Origin: the human T2T-CHM13v2.0 reference genome, Homo sapiens
Length of the DNA stretch: 64,000 nucleotides
NCBI RefSeq assembly: GCF_009914755.1
Contig: NC_060934.1
Direction: 5' to 3' (one strand)
Part shown: positions 13,711 to 28,629 of the stretch, in pieces
Position numbering within the stretch: the first letter of the stretch is position 1
How the letters are laid out: every line of letters starts with the position of its first letter
Made by a program: the position numbers and the translations under genes
The notes under the pieces: generated by a model
Databases searched by the model: none
What the model was told of the DNA's origin: nothing
The model's input: the letters and a program-made list of their open reading frames with translations, nothing else

Positions 13711-14182
13711 AAAATCTATATTATTAACTGGAAAATATATGACATAGTTTGTATGATGTTTCTATTTGTATAAATCACACATGCACAAGCATAATGTGCA
13801 TGGAAATTGTGGGTCTGTTGGTATTTGATAAAGAAGATTGACTGTGTTATTTGATAACTATAATATAAACAAATAGTCAAATAATGGGCAAGTTGAGAGA
13901 ACATGATCTAACATTTTAAGTTAGGCACTTAATAAAAATAGTATTTAATTTTCACACTAAAAATATATATATTTGCCCTTTACCTATATAAGGAATTTGT
14001 GGAGACTAGAGTGCAATGCTCAAAGCTTACAACTAGTAAAAGAAGAAGCTGTAACTTAAAACCAAGTCTGTCAGACTGAACCATACAGAGAACTTTAGAG
14101 AAAGCCTGAGTTTGAACAAGTTGGTTTCATAATGGACCACTTATAATGTAACTTATGCATCTGTTTGTTGTACTGGAAATAT

Positions 14183-14660
14183 GTTATATTTCATCTGATA
14201 TTATGACACAATCATTATTTGATGTACCACTTACGAAGAAAACACAGTACTTATTCAACTATTGCACAATGTTCACTTCCCACTCAGAATATTTATTTTC
14301 TACTTATTGAAAGAGCTCTTATATAATTATTTAGATATAATTTTGTCATATGTCATTCATATTTATACAGAGAGGAAAATAAAAGCAAAATAAATTGGGT
14401 AAAGTTTTGCTACGACTTATTCACCTTCATAGTCCAAGTTTTTAAAAATCACTTTTTGAGTTAAGCAAAAATATATTGTATGTTTCACATAGTATCATTG
14501 ACTAGAATAATGAAGTTTATGTCTGTGCAGACAATGAAAACTACATCACAACTGTCATCTGGCCAGCAGTGATTATATAATGTCATTGATTTTAAAACAC
14601 ATTAGAGTTTAGAGATATTAAAATGTGAAAAAATGTTTCTTAGAATCAATCAAATATGGT
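14183..14660 (-). mobile_element. TcMar-Tc2 (Kanga/MER104-related) DNA transposon relic
   Basis: Termini tatttcatc... and ...aaaatgtgaaaaaatgtttcttagaatcaatcaaatatgg resemble Tc2/MER104 TIRs. Confidence 0.6.
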
Positions 14661-14860
14661 AGAACCTTCTTTATAAGGTGTTTAGTACTAAGCGAATTAA
14701 TGCATACTAAGGGGTTACCCCACTGCATTTTACCTAACAGACTTCAATAAATATTAGCTGTTATTGATATGTAATATAAAGAATGATCAGCATTATACGT
14801 TAATATTACTAACAACAACTCCTGTATATCTTGGACTCCTCCTCCATTTCTACTGTAATG

Positions 14861-15084
14861 CAATGGTTCTCAATCTAGTAGGCCCTTGAGAATCACCTGT
14901 GGATCTTTAAAATGTGTGTGTGCGTGTGTGTATCTGTGTGTATGTGTGTATTTGCATGCCATTCTACTGTTCCATCCCCATCAGATATACAAAATCAGAA
15001 TTTCTATGAGTGAGGCTCAGCCAAGTGTGTTTATTATTAAAGCCCTCAAATGTTCTAATATGCACTATTGGCCTAGAAACACTG
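14861..15084. mobile_element. MER5A MITE with internal degenerate (TG)n
   Basis: caatggttctcaa...agaatcacctg...agaaacactg TIRs. Confidence 0.75.
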
Positions 15085-15229
15085 CTTTAGCTTCTACTCT
15101 GACAGAGCTGGGAAACTGTAGAAGGGTTTCCAACAAACTTGTAAAGATATCTGAGTTAAAAGGATCTGATTTTAAGCTGATCACTGTGCTTCTGTGTTCA
15201 CTCCAAGTAAAATTGGTTTATGGAGAGGA

Positions 15230-15710
15230 GTTAAATTTTTAATGTTAAGTTTGGTACATCTACTAGACATCTAATTAGATCTATCGAAGAGGCAGGAGTT
15301 GCATCTGGCATGAGGAAACAGAGCTGAGTAGGAAGCTAAATTTGGGAATCTCAGCACATAGATGGCATTTGAAACCCTGAGCCTAGATAAAATTACCCAG
15401 AGAGGAGGATTAAGCCCTGAGACATTCAAATTTAAGAAGTCAGAGAGAAGACAAGCACCCAGCATGAATACTGGAAAGCAGCTACCAATGAAGGTGGAGA
15501 AAAACCCTGAGCTTCTGGAAGCCAAGGAAACACTGTATAAAAAGGAACAGAGTTATCAGTTGTCTAAAAAATTCTGGTGGTTCAAGTGAAATAACTGAAA
15601 ATTGACCATTGTATTTAGCCACTTAGAAATCATTGCTGACCCCAACAACAGCAATTTTAGTGGACTGATGGATGCAAAAGTTTGACTGAAGTTTGATGAG
15701 AAAGAATGGA
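15230..15710 (-). mobile_element. L2 LINE fragment
   Basis: aaatttgggaatctcagcacatagatggcatttgaaacc, attgaccattgtatttagc typical of L2. Confidence 0.7.
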
Positions 15711-15810
15711 ACAAGATGACTTCCAGAATGGCAGCAAGAGGATCCCCTGAGACCTATTCTCCAGACAAACAACGCTAACTAGTGAAAAAATCTTTAAAAA
15801 ACAAACAACC

Positions 15811-16833
<1,023 letters not shown>

Positions 16834-17456
16834 AACTTATTTAAGAAAATCTACTAATTCTCAGTAAGAACAGCAAATCTATAGCATTTGAGCCTCAACT
16901 TGCTCCCTTCCTACCCCCTTCTAGCTCACTGTGACTAGCACTTCTCATCCCCCCAGCTCCCTTTTGCAGATGCTATATTCCAGACAAAATCAGCTGAGGC
17001 CTGAGGCTCTCTTCTTCTAATGAGCCCCACTTGTATGGCAAGAAGCTCTTCTCAAGGCATAGCAGCCTGATAATAACAGGGACCCAGTCTCCCTCTCTCC
17101 ACCTTGCTTATAGGGCAGAAATTTCATGACTGGCGAGATAATATGAGAATATAAAAAAGTAACACCTCTGCTCAACACCCTGCTCATGAAGCAGGAACAT
17201 TATTTAAGAGAGTTATGGGCCACTGTCCCCATCATTAGCTCTAGAGCTTGCACAAACTAGCAAAATCAATTCAAAAAGATAAAATCTAAATAAACCTATA
17301 GCAAGCACAGAGATTGCATTTGTTATTTTTAAATTTCCAATTAGATACATCAACATTCTGTTTGCAACAAGCACATCTAGCACCCAGATCTTGTTTTCTA
17401 ATATTAGAGAACTCTTTCCAGTGGTTCCTCCATTCCTGACATACTCTCATTCTTGG

Positions 17457-17460
<4 letters not shown>

Positions 17461-17500
<40 letters not shown>

Positions 17501-17524
17501 CGCGCGCACGCACGCACATGCGCA
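17461..17524. repeat. (TG)16(CG)7 CACGCACGCACATGCGCA compound microsatellite
   Basis: 64 bp of uninterrupted pyrimidine-purine alternation read directly. Confidence 0.95.
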
Positions 17525-18253
17525 ACCCTTCTTACGTTTTGGTACCATAAGAAACTTCAGGTTTAGCTTGTACACTTCTTGCCCCAGTCCTAGAATTAGC
17601 TATTTCTCCAAGGATCTCTGGTTCCCTTTATTTTAGCATACATATTGCCTAGATCTTGATTTCTAAATACCATTCACCAATAAAAGGAGCTTGGATGCAA
17701 ATCACATGAGAATCTCAATAGATATAGAGAAAGCATTTGACAAAGTCCAACAACCTTTTACCATAACAACACCCAACAAATTAGGAATGAAAAGGAAATC
17801 CTCAACCTGATAAAAGGCATCTGCCAATAACCCACATCTGGCATCATACTTAACTTTTTTTAAATCACTTATATCAGGAACAAGTCAAGGATGTCCACTC
17901 TCTCTAATTCTATTCAACATTTTACTGTATATAGTAGTCAGAGCAGTTAGGCAAAGAAATGACATAAGAGCCATCTAGATTGGGAAGAAAGAAGTAAAGC
18001 TATCTCTATTTGCAAATAACATGTTTTGTAAATAAAATTCTTTAGAAATCCACTAAAAAACCTGTTAGAACTAATACACAATTTTAGCAAGGTTCAGGAT
18101 GCCAGAGCAATATAAAAATCAGTTGTATTTCTATACATTAGCAATGAAAAACCTGAAAGTAAAACTAAAAACGAATTCAATTCAAAATAGCATCAATAAG
18201 AATAAAATACACAGGAACAAACTTAACAAAAGCAGTAGAAAACATATGCTATG

Positions 18254-18532
18254 TGTATTAGTCCATATTCACACTGCTAATAAAGACATACCCAAGACTG
18301 GGTAATTTGTAAAGAAAAGAGGCTTAATTGACTCTCAGTTCCACATGGCTGGGGAGGCCTCACAATCATGGCAGAAGGTGAATGAAACTTATTCACTATC
18401 ATGAGAACAGTATGGGAGAGACCCTCCCCATGATTCAGTTACCTTCCACTGGGTCCCTGCTATGACAGGTGGGAATTATGGGAGCTACAATGCAAGATGA
18501 GATTTGGGTGGGGACACAGCAAAACCATATCA
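18254..18532 (-). mobile_element. THE1 MaLR solo LTR with internal deletion
   Basis: tgtattagtcc...aaaccatatca, 279 bp (shorter than the ~360-bp consensus); near-TSD CTATG/CTCTG. Confidence 0.85.
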
Positions 18533-19417
18533 CTCTGAAAACTATAAAACATTGTTGAAAGAAATTAAAGAAGACCTAAATAAATGGAAAGATACTATAT
18601 GTTGATGGATTCAAAGACTTTATGTTGTTAAGATGACAGTACTCCCAAACTTATCTACAAATTCAACATGATACTTATCCAAATACTAGGTAGTTTATTT
18701 GTAGAAATTGACAAGTAGATCCTAAAATCCACAGGGAGAGGCAAAGGGCCCTAAACAGCAAAAACATTCTTGAAAAAGAACAAAGCTTACACTTCATAAA
18801 TTCAAACTTACTATGCAAGTATAGTAATCAAGATGGTGTGATATGGACATAAGACTGGACATTTGGATCCATAGAATGTAACTGAGAATCTAGAAATAAA
18901 CTCTTACATTTATAGTTGATTGATTTTTACAAGGGTACCAAGACAATTAAATGGAAGAAAGATTCATCTTTGCAACAAATGGGGCTAGGCAACTGGGTAG
19001 CCACAAGCAAAAGAGTGAAGTTGGACCCATTACTCGTATCACCATACACAAATAAAGTCAATAGGAATCGATACACCAATATGTGACACCTAAACTATAA
19101 AACTCTTAGAAGAAAATACAGAAGAAAATCTTCTTGATCTTTCAGAATCTTCTTAGACATGACATCAAAAGAAAAGGTGATTAAAGAAAAAAAAATTGGA
19201 ATTCATTGAAATTAAAAACTTTTGTGCTTAAAAGACACCATGAAGAAAATGAAAATACAACCTCCAGAATGGGAGAACACTTTTGCATATCATATATCTG
19301 ATAAGATATTTGTATCTACATATGCAAAGGACTCTTCCAAGTCAGTAATCAAAAGGCAAATTACCCACTTAAAAATGTATAAAGAATTTGAGTAGGCATT
19401 TCTCCATATAATATATG

Positions 19418-19723
19418 CAGCTTGCCCTTTGTATTCATGGTTTCCACATCTGTGGATTCACTCAAGGATTGAAAATATTCTGAAAAAATGTTGAAAAATA
19501 TAACAATAAATATAAATAAAAATACATTATAACAACTATTTGCATAACATTTGCATTGTATTGGGCACTATAAGTAATCTAGAAATGATATAAATGGGAA
19601 AATGTGCATAGGTTATATGCCACTATGACACCATTTTTAAACAATTTACTTGAGCATCTCTGGATTTTGGTATCCTTGCGGGGATCCTGGAACCAATCTC
19701 CTGCAGATACTGAGGGACAACTC
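19418..19723 (-). mobile_element. MER2/MER2B (Tigger MITE)
   Basis: ggatcctggaaccaatctcctgcagatactgagggacaact TIR and internal MER2 motifs. Confidence 0.8.
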
Positions 19724-19793
19724 TGTGTGTGTGTGTGTGTGTGTGTGTGGGTGTGTGTGTGTGGGTGTGTGTGTGTGTGTGTGTGTTTGTGTG
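19724..19793. repeat. Interrupted (TG)n microsatellite
   Basis: Read directly. Confidence 0.95.
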
Positions 19794-20561
19794 GTCAGTA
19801 ACTCATGAAAATGAAAAGATGCTCAACAATGTTAGCATTAGCAGAAATAGAAATCAAACCTACAATAAGATACCACTAAATGCTTGTGATCGATAATAAT
19901 GTTATTATTATTCACCAATAATCATCACCAATTATCACCAAAATGTTGGTGAGGCTGTGGAGAAATTAGATTCCTCACACATTGTTGTTGAATATTTAAA
20001 ACTGACACTTTGTAGTGTAATACACTCTGACAATTCCTTGCAATATTAATGTTTCCATATGACCCAGCAATTCCACTCTTAGGTGAATACTGAAGAAAAA
20101 TGAAAACGTAGGTCTATATAAAACTTTTACGTTAATGTTTATAGCACCATTATTCATTACAGCTTTAAAGTAGAAATATCCCAAATGCCTAACAACTGAT
20201 GAATGGACAAATAAAAGGTGATATATGTGTAAATGGAATATTATTCTACATTAAAAAGGAATGAAGTACTGATGCATGTTATAACAAAGAAAGATCCTTG
20301 AAAACATTAGGCAAATCTAAAGAGACAGTAAGTAAATTCACGGTTGCCTTGTGCTGTGCTTGGGTATTTGATGGAATGTGGGGCCAGATGGAGAATGATT
20401 GTTAATGGGTACATGGGTTCTTTCTGGGATGATGAAAATGTTTTAAAATTAGACTGTGGTAATTGTTGTACAGCTTTATGAAAAATTTAAATATTATTGA
20501 ATCTTATGCTCTAAATGGGTGATTTACAAATTTCTTTGTAGAAATTGACAAGCTTCTTTGT

Positions 20562-20941
20562 TGAAATGGTTTGGCTGTGTCCCACCCAAATTTCATCTTG
20601 AATTGTAGTTCCCATAATTCCCCCATGTCATGGGAGGGACAAGATAGAGATAATTGAATCATGAGGGCCGTTTCCCCCATCCTGTTCTCATGATAGTGAG
20701 TTAGTTCTCTTGAGATCAGATGGTTTTATAAGGGGATTCCCCCTTCACTGGGCACTCATTCTCTCTCCTGTCCCCATGTGAATAAGGATGTGTTCAGTTC
20801 CCCTTCTGCCATGATTGTAAGTTTGCTGAGTCCTCCCAGCCATGCTGACCTGTGAGTCAATTAAGCCGCTTTACCAGTCTCAAGTATGTCTTGCACAAAT
20901 TGGGCTTAAGTTCATAACCAGTGTGAGAATGGGCTAATACA
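20562..20941 (+). mobile_element. THE1C/D MaLR solo LTR
   Basis: tgaaatggtttggctgtgtccc...gggctaataca; near-TSD TTTGT/TTTCT. Confidence 0.85.
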
Positions 20942-21099
20942 TTTCTAGAAATTGACAAGTAGATTCAAAAACTTACATGGAAATGCAAAGGACCCTAAAT
21001 AGCAGAAACATTTTTGAAAAAGAACAAATTTACAGTTCCTGAATTCAAACTTACTACAAAACTATGGTAATCAAGATGGTGTTATTATACTACACAGTA

Positions 21100-21240
21100 T
21101 ATTTCTTAGTTCTTTTGTGTTGCTATGAAAGAACATACCTGAGGCTGGGTGATTTATAAAGGAAGAAGGTTTATTTGCCTCATGGTTCCACAGGCTGTAC
21201 AAGAAGCATGGGACCAGTATCTGCTTCTGGTGAGCGCCTG
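21100..21240 (-). mobile_element. Truncated MST LTR fragment
   Basis: tacctgaggctgggtgatttataaaggaagaaggtttatttg...ctgcttctggtgag. Confidence 0.7.
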
Positions 21241-24150
21241 TTAAAGCAACAGTGTAAGATTCTTTATATTGCATAAATTACTGTGGAATGATAGTAATAT
21301 AGTTTCCCTGAATTTTGTTGACAGGATTTGACATGTTAAAAGTTGAGTTTGCAGGTGATAATGCTACCTGCATTCCATATTAACTTCATTCATCATTCTG
21401 TAAATTGTTGCTTAAAATATAGAATTTCCTTCATTTAAAGAATTATGCCATAATTTGCACATCCGTGCTGAGCAATTCTCTTCCTACCACCACCCACCTC
21501 CCCTTACAGGGGAATTTGTTTGCTAGGTATATACTGTTAACAGGCATTTATATACAGATTTAAACCTAATACAGAATTCAGCAGTATGTATTTTATATAT
21601 AAAGTTTCTTCTCATGAGCTTTTAAAATATATTCTACTGGTTCTAATTTAAGGAAAAAAAAGCTTTAAACAAAATAATTTTATTGTGATTTGAACATAGT
21701 TATAATGCTTTATTAATTTTCTGAAAATAAATTTAGTCATTTAACAATACATAGTTGTCTTAGTAACTATTTTGTATTTTATCTCAGAATAAAAATATGT
21801 TTGCAATAATAGCATCCTGAATAATTGGCTTTCACAATAATTCAACCACATTGTAAGGAACATGGAAATAGGTAATATATTGAATGACAGATATTGTGCA
21901 TACTCCATCACTAGCAGTGGTTCACTATAACAGTGATTCTCAACCAAAGAGGATATCTTAAAATAATATAATTAGAAAAAAAGGCCTAGTCTGGTTGATT
22001 TTGATATCCTCATTAGATAAGTAATTCTGTTCTCCTCATGTCCAAGAATCACATCTGTACTGGAAATCATGCTGAACTGGTGTTCGACCTGTACTGTCCT
22101 TATCTATAAATTACAGGGTATTCCTGCTGCATAGTATATTTATTTATTTTTAAATTATTTTGATGCCAGCATAATTATGGTCTAATTTAGTTTATTGTCA
22201 TTCACTGAAATGATTCATGTACTTTAATTGTGATATTTAGGTAAACCATTATTAGAGTATATTGAATGAACATGGTATTAGATTCATGCATGAATGTAAT
22301 ATTGAAAATGTTAACTATTATAGTATATTAATTATTTCCAGTCTGAAATCCACTGTTACTATATTGTAACAATTATGAAGCATTGTAACCAGTACTTTGA
22401 ACAAGGGCAGTCAATCAAAGCTTGATTCTGTATTCCCACAGCCCATTCAAACTCATTTTCTGTGGCCAATTTGTTCTAGTTCCTTGAGTAGCTAGAATTG
22501 AAGATAATTTTTTTCTTATATCTCTTTTTAATAGATGTATGTTTTTCCTTTCCTTGGCAATTTGGTATTATAAAATTTTATTCTATTAATGGAAGAGATT
22601 TTTAGAAGTCATCTCCTCTTTATTGGAAATAAACATGGAAAGTTTGCTATCAAATCAAGCATTATTTTTATACCTTGTACATGTTTTCATATCTATTTTT
22701 AATAGGTGATATGTCTATATGTTTCAGAGTTCAACATTGCCACCAGCATTACCCACCCACTCAATTATTCTCTCCTCTCTATAGCCAATCAGTGTTATCA
22801 GGGCTTTTTTGTGTGTGTATAGTTTTCTGAAGTTATTTTATACATACAGAAGCAATATGAATATACATCTTTTTCTACATTACTTACGCTAATAATAGCA
22901 TATTCTTTATAACCTGTTTTTGTATATTTTTGCATGTAACTGTAAAGTTCTAATAAATTATTATAATTCTGAATTATTTTGCAACATAAAAAATAATATT
23001 TCACATCTATTGATGAGAAGTCAAAACTGTACAAACTTATTTTCATTATAGTCACATTTTGAACACTTTATATCTTTATTTCTCTTTACTATTTATTTCT
23101 ACAGTGGAGCATTTCTAATGCACTTAGAATATTCTTTTAGAGAGATATTTTTAAGAATTCCAGGATACCAATCCAGCTATGTAATTCTGAGAAATAATTT
23201 TTAGAACCACACTACAGTGGAGTACCTCTCAAAAACTATATGGCTCTAACTCAAGTTTATAACAGTAATATAAGGAAAATGACTGAGAATTTCAGTAGGA
23301 AATTTAAGATGCAGCAAGCTAAATTACAGTCTTAGAGAATTAAATTAAAATGTTGGCAAACTGCTTTAGATCATGTTATAAATTCTATGAAATATGACAA
23401 TAATGTAAAATAATAAAAAAAGGCTTCTGCTACTTTTTCCTTCATTTAAATGAATGTGTGTGTGAGTTTGTGTGTGTGTGTAACTGCTTTTTATGTTGGT
23501 GTAGAAAGACTATGTAATTGCATGGTTATTATGTTATGCAAGTATACATTTGTACCATGTTATTGTGTTGAGTAATGGTACAGACTTACGGCATTCAAGT
23601 TCTGGCTTTCTACCTATGCATTTATAGCAATTAATATTTATTACTTTGGTCCTAATGGCTTGCTTTGGAAATTAACTTAGAATGACTTAGAAGCACACAC
23701 TCATCAACTACTAATAGCTTATGGTACAATAGCATCCAAATTTCAAATCTATACTTGGTAAGTATTTTCAATCAAACTATGTAAGATTATAATTAAAAAC
23801 TTTAAAAGTCATTATATATTTTGCAAATTTACCATTTGATTATTTTTATTATTTATTATTGCCATCCTAAATTTTTCTACTAGCATAAAAGTATATTTTG
23901 TTCTTAAAAATGCCAAGTTATTGCCATAAAATAACATTAATTTCCATAGACGTACAGGTTAGCAAGATTCTACTCAGTCTATTTCTCTAAAATTGTTTGA
24001 GTAAAAGTGTTAGCTTCTTATTTCTTATTTCTATTCATGCTGAAGTAGTGACATTGTGAACTCCAATGACATCTATAATTGGTAAATTATCTTTGACTTT
24101 CAGAAAACACATAATTGTTTAAACAATTCTATACGATAGCTATAGTTTTC

Positions 24151-24296
24151 TTTTTTTCATTCTTTTTTTTATTATTATTGGAGATGGTGTCTTGCTGTAT
24201 GGCCCAGGCTGGTCTTGAACACCTAGGCTTAGGCAGTCCTTCTACCTCAGCTTCCCAAATTGTTGGGATTACAGGTGTGAGTCATTGCACCTGGGC
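24151..24296 (-). mobile_element. FLAM_C Alu monomer
   Basis: Monomeric Alu; TSD ~agctatagttttc/agctgtagttttc. Confidence 0.85.
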
Positions 24297-27029
24297 AAGA
24301 GCTGTAGTTTTCTAATCAAAGTGCAAGAAATATGCTATTCTTAGAAGCTGGTTTTGTGTTATATCATTTAACATGAAACACGTATCTCCTGTAGATGTGG
24401 ACAATTTATTATTACTTTCAGAATAGTTATTTGCCTAACAGAAGAGCTAACATAAATTAAGCAGTAAATCAGTTTTGCTTCCTTTAGATAATTAGTAATT
24501 TACATATAACCTTTGGCTATTCTTTTATCTTAGGTTATTGATATAAGTTGCATAAAATTGTTTTCTATGTAGAATGTTCTTTGAAATGCAAAATCTAATT
24601 AAAATGCACTATTTTAGGACAGTTGAGTTGCTAAATGATACTACGGAGACTATTATGAATATTTTAGGAATCTGAGTGGAGTATGTAAGAAAGCTAAATT
24701 ATAACCTCTATGGACTACTTTAGGTTACTTTATCAGTCGGCTGAAACAAGGAAAACTGCCCAGGTACTTAGATTATTGGATTTTTTTACATATACTATAT
24801 TTAGAAATAATGCAATTATGACTGTATTATGATACCTAGACAGTTTCACATTAAGTTACACATTAATGTTTGCAAGATACACTAAGGTTAGTAAAGGAGG
24901 CTAATTGTGGCTGTAGTTATTCTGCCCAGGGGCTTTCACATGCACCCCAGGAGGCTGCTCAAAACAATGAGTATCAACACATTTATAATCACTTAATGGC
25001 ATACTTATTGATGAATCATATTCCAATTACTAACAACCGAAATTCAGTTTTGTGGAAGGCATGGTAAATGATATACCTGTTTGTCCAGCCAGGACAAACA
25101 ATGAGTATTTGTCAAGAGCCTCCTGTTTGCTTAACAAACATTGTTTAGCAAGGACCCAATACTGGGTAAACAACTGTTGCATTTAGTTTTCAAACTGAAC
25201 ATTTCTTAATTTTATAGTGAAGATTGAGTGTAGAATCTTATGGTAGCTGTGAAATGGTATGTAGCTAGGTGATTATTATCTAGAATCTTAATGTATTAAA
25301 TCACAGTTTAGTGACGTTAATATTTTACAAATTAAAGATAATGCTTTTTTAGACTGCTGTCCTTCTTTTCCTTTAATATGTGTGGTAAAGTGAACTACTG
25401 TGTTTTAATTACTCTTTGATGTGTATTGGGATAAGTTTTTCTAAATGAAAACATATCTCATTTTGTCCTGAAGATTAATTCAAAATTAGAGTTTGCCTAA
25501 TGAAAACTTTTCCATTTAATTTTGCAGATCTATTTTATGCAGAAATTTATATCAATTAAAAGTACATATCACATGATTTAGCCAGGGATGGCATGCATGC
25601 TAGCAACCTATTAAAAGATGAAGAATTGTTAAGATTCATTTCACTTTTGCTGTCTTTGTTGATAGTTTTAGTCTTTTACTCCAAAATTTTAATCATATAC
25701 TGATTCAAATTCTATGTTGATTTGTAATTTTAGAATAATGCAGGAACTTTTTTTAAATTTTGTTAAAATGTACTTATTTTGAATGTTTCCTAATTAGTGA
25801 ATTACCTGCTCATTAGTGAACAACTAGGAGGTATTTTAATAGCAGTTAGTTTAATGAGAATGGTGAAAACCAAATACATTCTCCAAAAAATCTTGGCAAG
25901 GAGAATAATGCATAATAAGTAACAGTCACAATGTCTATGATCTCTTTTTGTTTAACCTTTATAAAACCTGTGTAGTTTTGCTACCTGATGAGTGAAATAT
26001 TTGGTGGTAGCCTGAGTACTGTCATCCTTTATCTAGTTGTTATTCTACTTAATACGTCTAATTATTGTGCTTAGAATTACTTATTTTTTCTTAATATAAA
26101 TGTTTGTTGGATTTCAAATGAAGGTGACTTTGATGCTGAAAGCTGACAGTTAATGGTAACAGTGGAATAACGTTTTATGAATGTAGGTACGTAGAATCAT
26201 GCCTGGCAGAAGCTATTGTCATACATAGTAAGTGGCCAGTGCCCTTTTGTTCAGGCTATTAAATCATAGTGATACGTGTTATTTCAGCTAGAGGAAAAAG
26301 AGAAGTCCTTACTCAATATTGAAATTCACAAGATACAGAATAAATTATAATTGGTTTCATCTTTTTTATGTTAAAAATTTAATATTTAAAGTTAATTTAA
26401 TTATCTGAATACAGGAATGCTAAACAATTTAAGTATATCCATTGAAAAGAGGATGCCCAATTACTAAAGCTATGTTCTTTTTGCTTTATTAAAGATTTTA
26501 AAGCCAGCAACATCACTTTGGTAGTGATATTTTCAGGTAATATTGATCATAAAGCATATATATTCATGTCTACATGAACTGGATATTATCTTAAATATCT
26601 TTGCCAGAATTTAGATTCTAAATATAAAGCTCTCAGCAAGTTCTTAATGCTTGGAAAAAATTCAGCTTTTGTCTTAGCAAGAATGTGAGGTAGTGCATAA
26701 AAAACAAATGTATGTTCTTCTATACTAGATTTTTAAAAACGAAATTTGATTTTGGAGTGTTAGGTTTTATTTCAATTTAATTTAATTTTTAAAATAAGTA
26801 ATATATTAACATAATTCAAATTTAGGAAAAAATAAAAAGTTATAAATTAAAAAGTTTCACATTTATCTATAACCTAGTCCACACTTTCCCTCCCTGCCTT
26901 CATAGATAAACACTTGTTTATTATCTATCCTTCCAGGTTTCCTTTATCAGGATGTTGCATATTCCAATATCAACATACGCAAATGTGTAAACATGTATCC
27001 CTCCTTTATTATACAAAAATAATATATTT

Positions 27030-27202
27030 CTGTATTTCGTTAAACCTGAGTTCAGACAATTTGCACAACATTTTTGTGTACCACCAAGAAAGAAAAAATC
27101 TTGGCAATTAAAGGGTGACAGCATTGATTATAAAGAACATTGCAATGTTAGAAATATTAGAATGTGAAAAACCTCATCTGTTAGAGTTGAAGAAATATGG
27201 TA
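27030..27202 (-). mobile_element. MER104 (Tc2 MITE) inside old L1ME fragments (~26780-27850)
   Basis: ctgtatttcgtt...gtaccaccaagaaagaaaaaa...gaagaaatatgg. Confidence 0.65.
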
Positions 27203-27853
27203 TGTACCCTCTACTACATATTACTCTTGTCACTTATCAATATAACTTGGATATCTTTCCATTGCCAACCTCTTTTGTTTCTTTTATTATAAATGCATTC
27301 TATTTTGTAGTATGATTATACCCTAACTTATTTAGTCCCTATAAACAGACTCTTGATGTTTTTCTTTTTCATTGTTATGAACTTTGTACATTGTTCATTT
27401 TGTATGTGTGCAGGTATAATTATAGGATAAATTCCAAATGGGATTGCTTGCTTAATGGAAATTATATTTGTAATTTTTATAGCTATGAGCAGATTACCCT
27501 CTATAGGGTTTTACCACATTATTTTCCTACCAACTGCATGAAGAGTGTTTTGTCAAACTTTGGATTTTTGCTACCTGCTAAGTGGGAAATGATGTTTTAA
27601 AGTGGTTCTGATTTGCACATCTTGAAGAAAAGCAAAGCCAAAAATATTATCCAGTGTTCAAGGGTGGTATTTTCTTTTTCTGCAAACTATTCATGTCCTT
27701 TACTCATTTTTCAATTAGATTGTTAATCTTTTTATTCTTTATTTCTAGAAGCTCTTTAACCTTGAGTAGGATAACTGTTTGTCTCTGGTATGAGTTGAAA
27801 ATATTTTTTCTCTGTTTACCATTTAATTCTTTAAATACTTTTTTTTTTAACAA

Positions 27854-28478
<625 letters not shown>

Positions 28479-28629
28479 AACATGAAGATATATTTATGCT
28501 TGATTTCAAATTTTGTAAACTTCTTTTATGGTTTCTGGAATTTGAGTCATAGGTAGAAAGACTCAGCTTACTTCAAGTTTACAAAGGAGTTTACCCAGTT
28601 ATGGCTTCATTTTTACATTTTGTGTATAC

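Noticed and set aside
23060-23180. Strong acceptor-like site (tttatttctacag at 23104) as an additional ATRNL1 exon
   Set aside because: No convincing donor nearby, early stop codons, and no attractin-like peptide.
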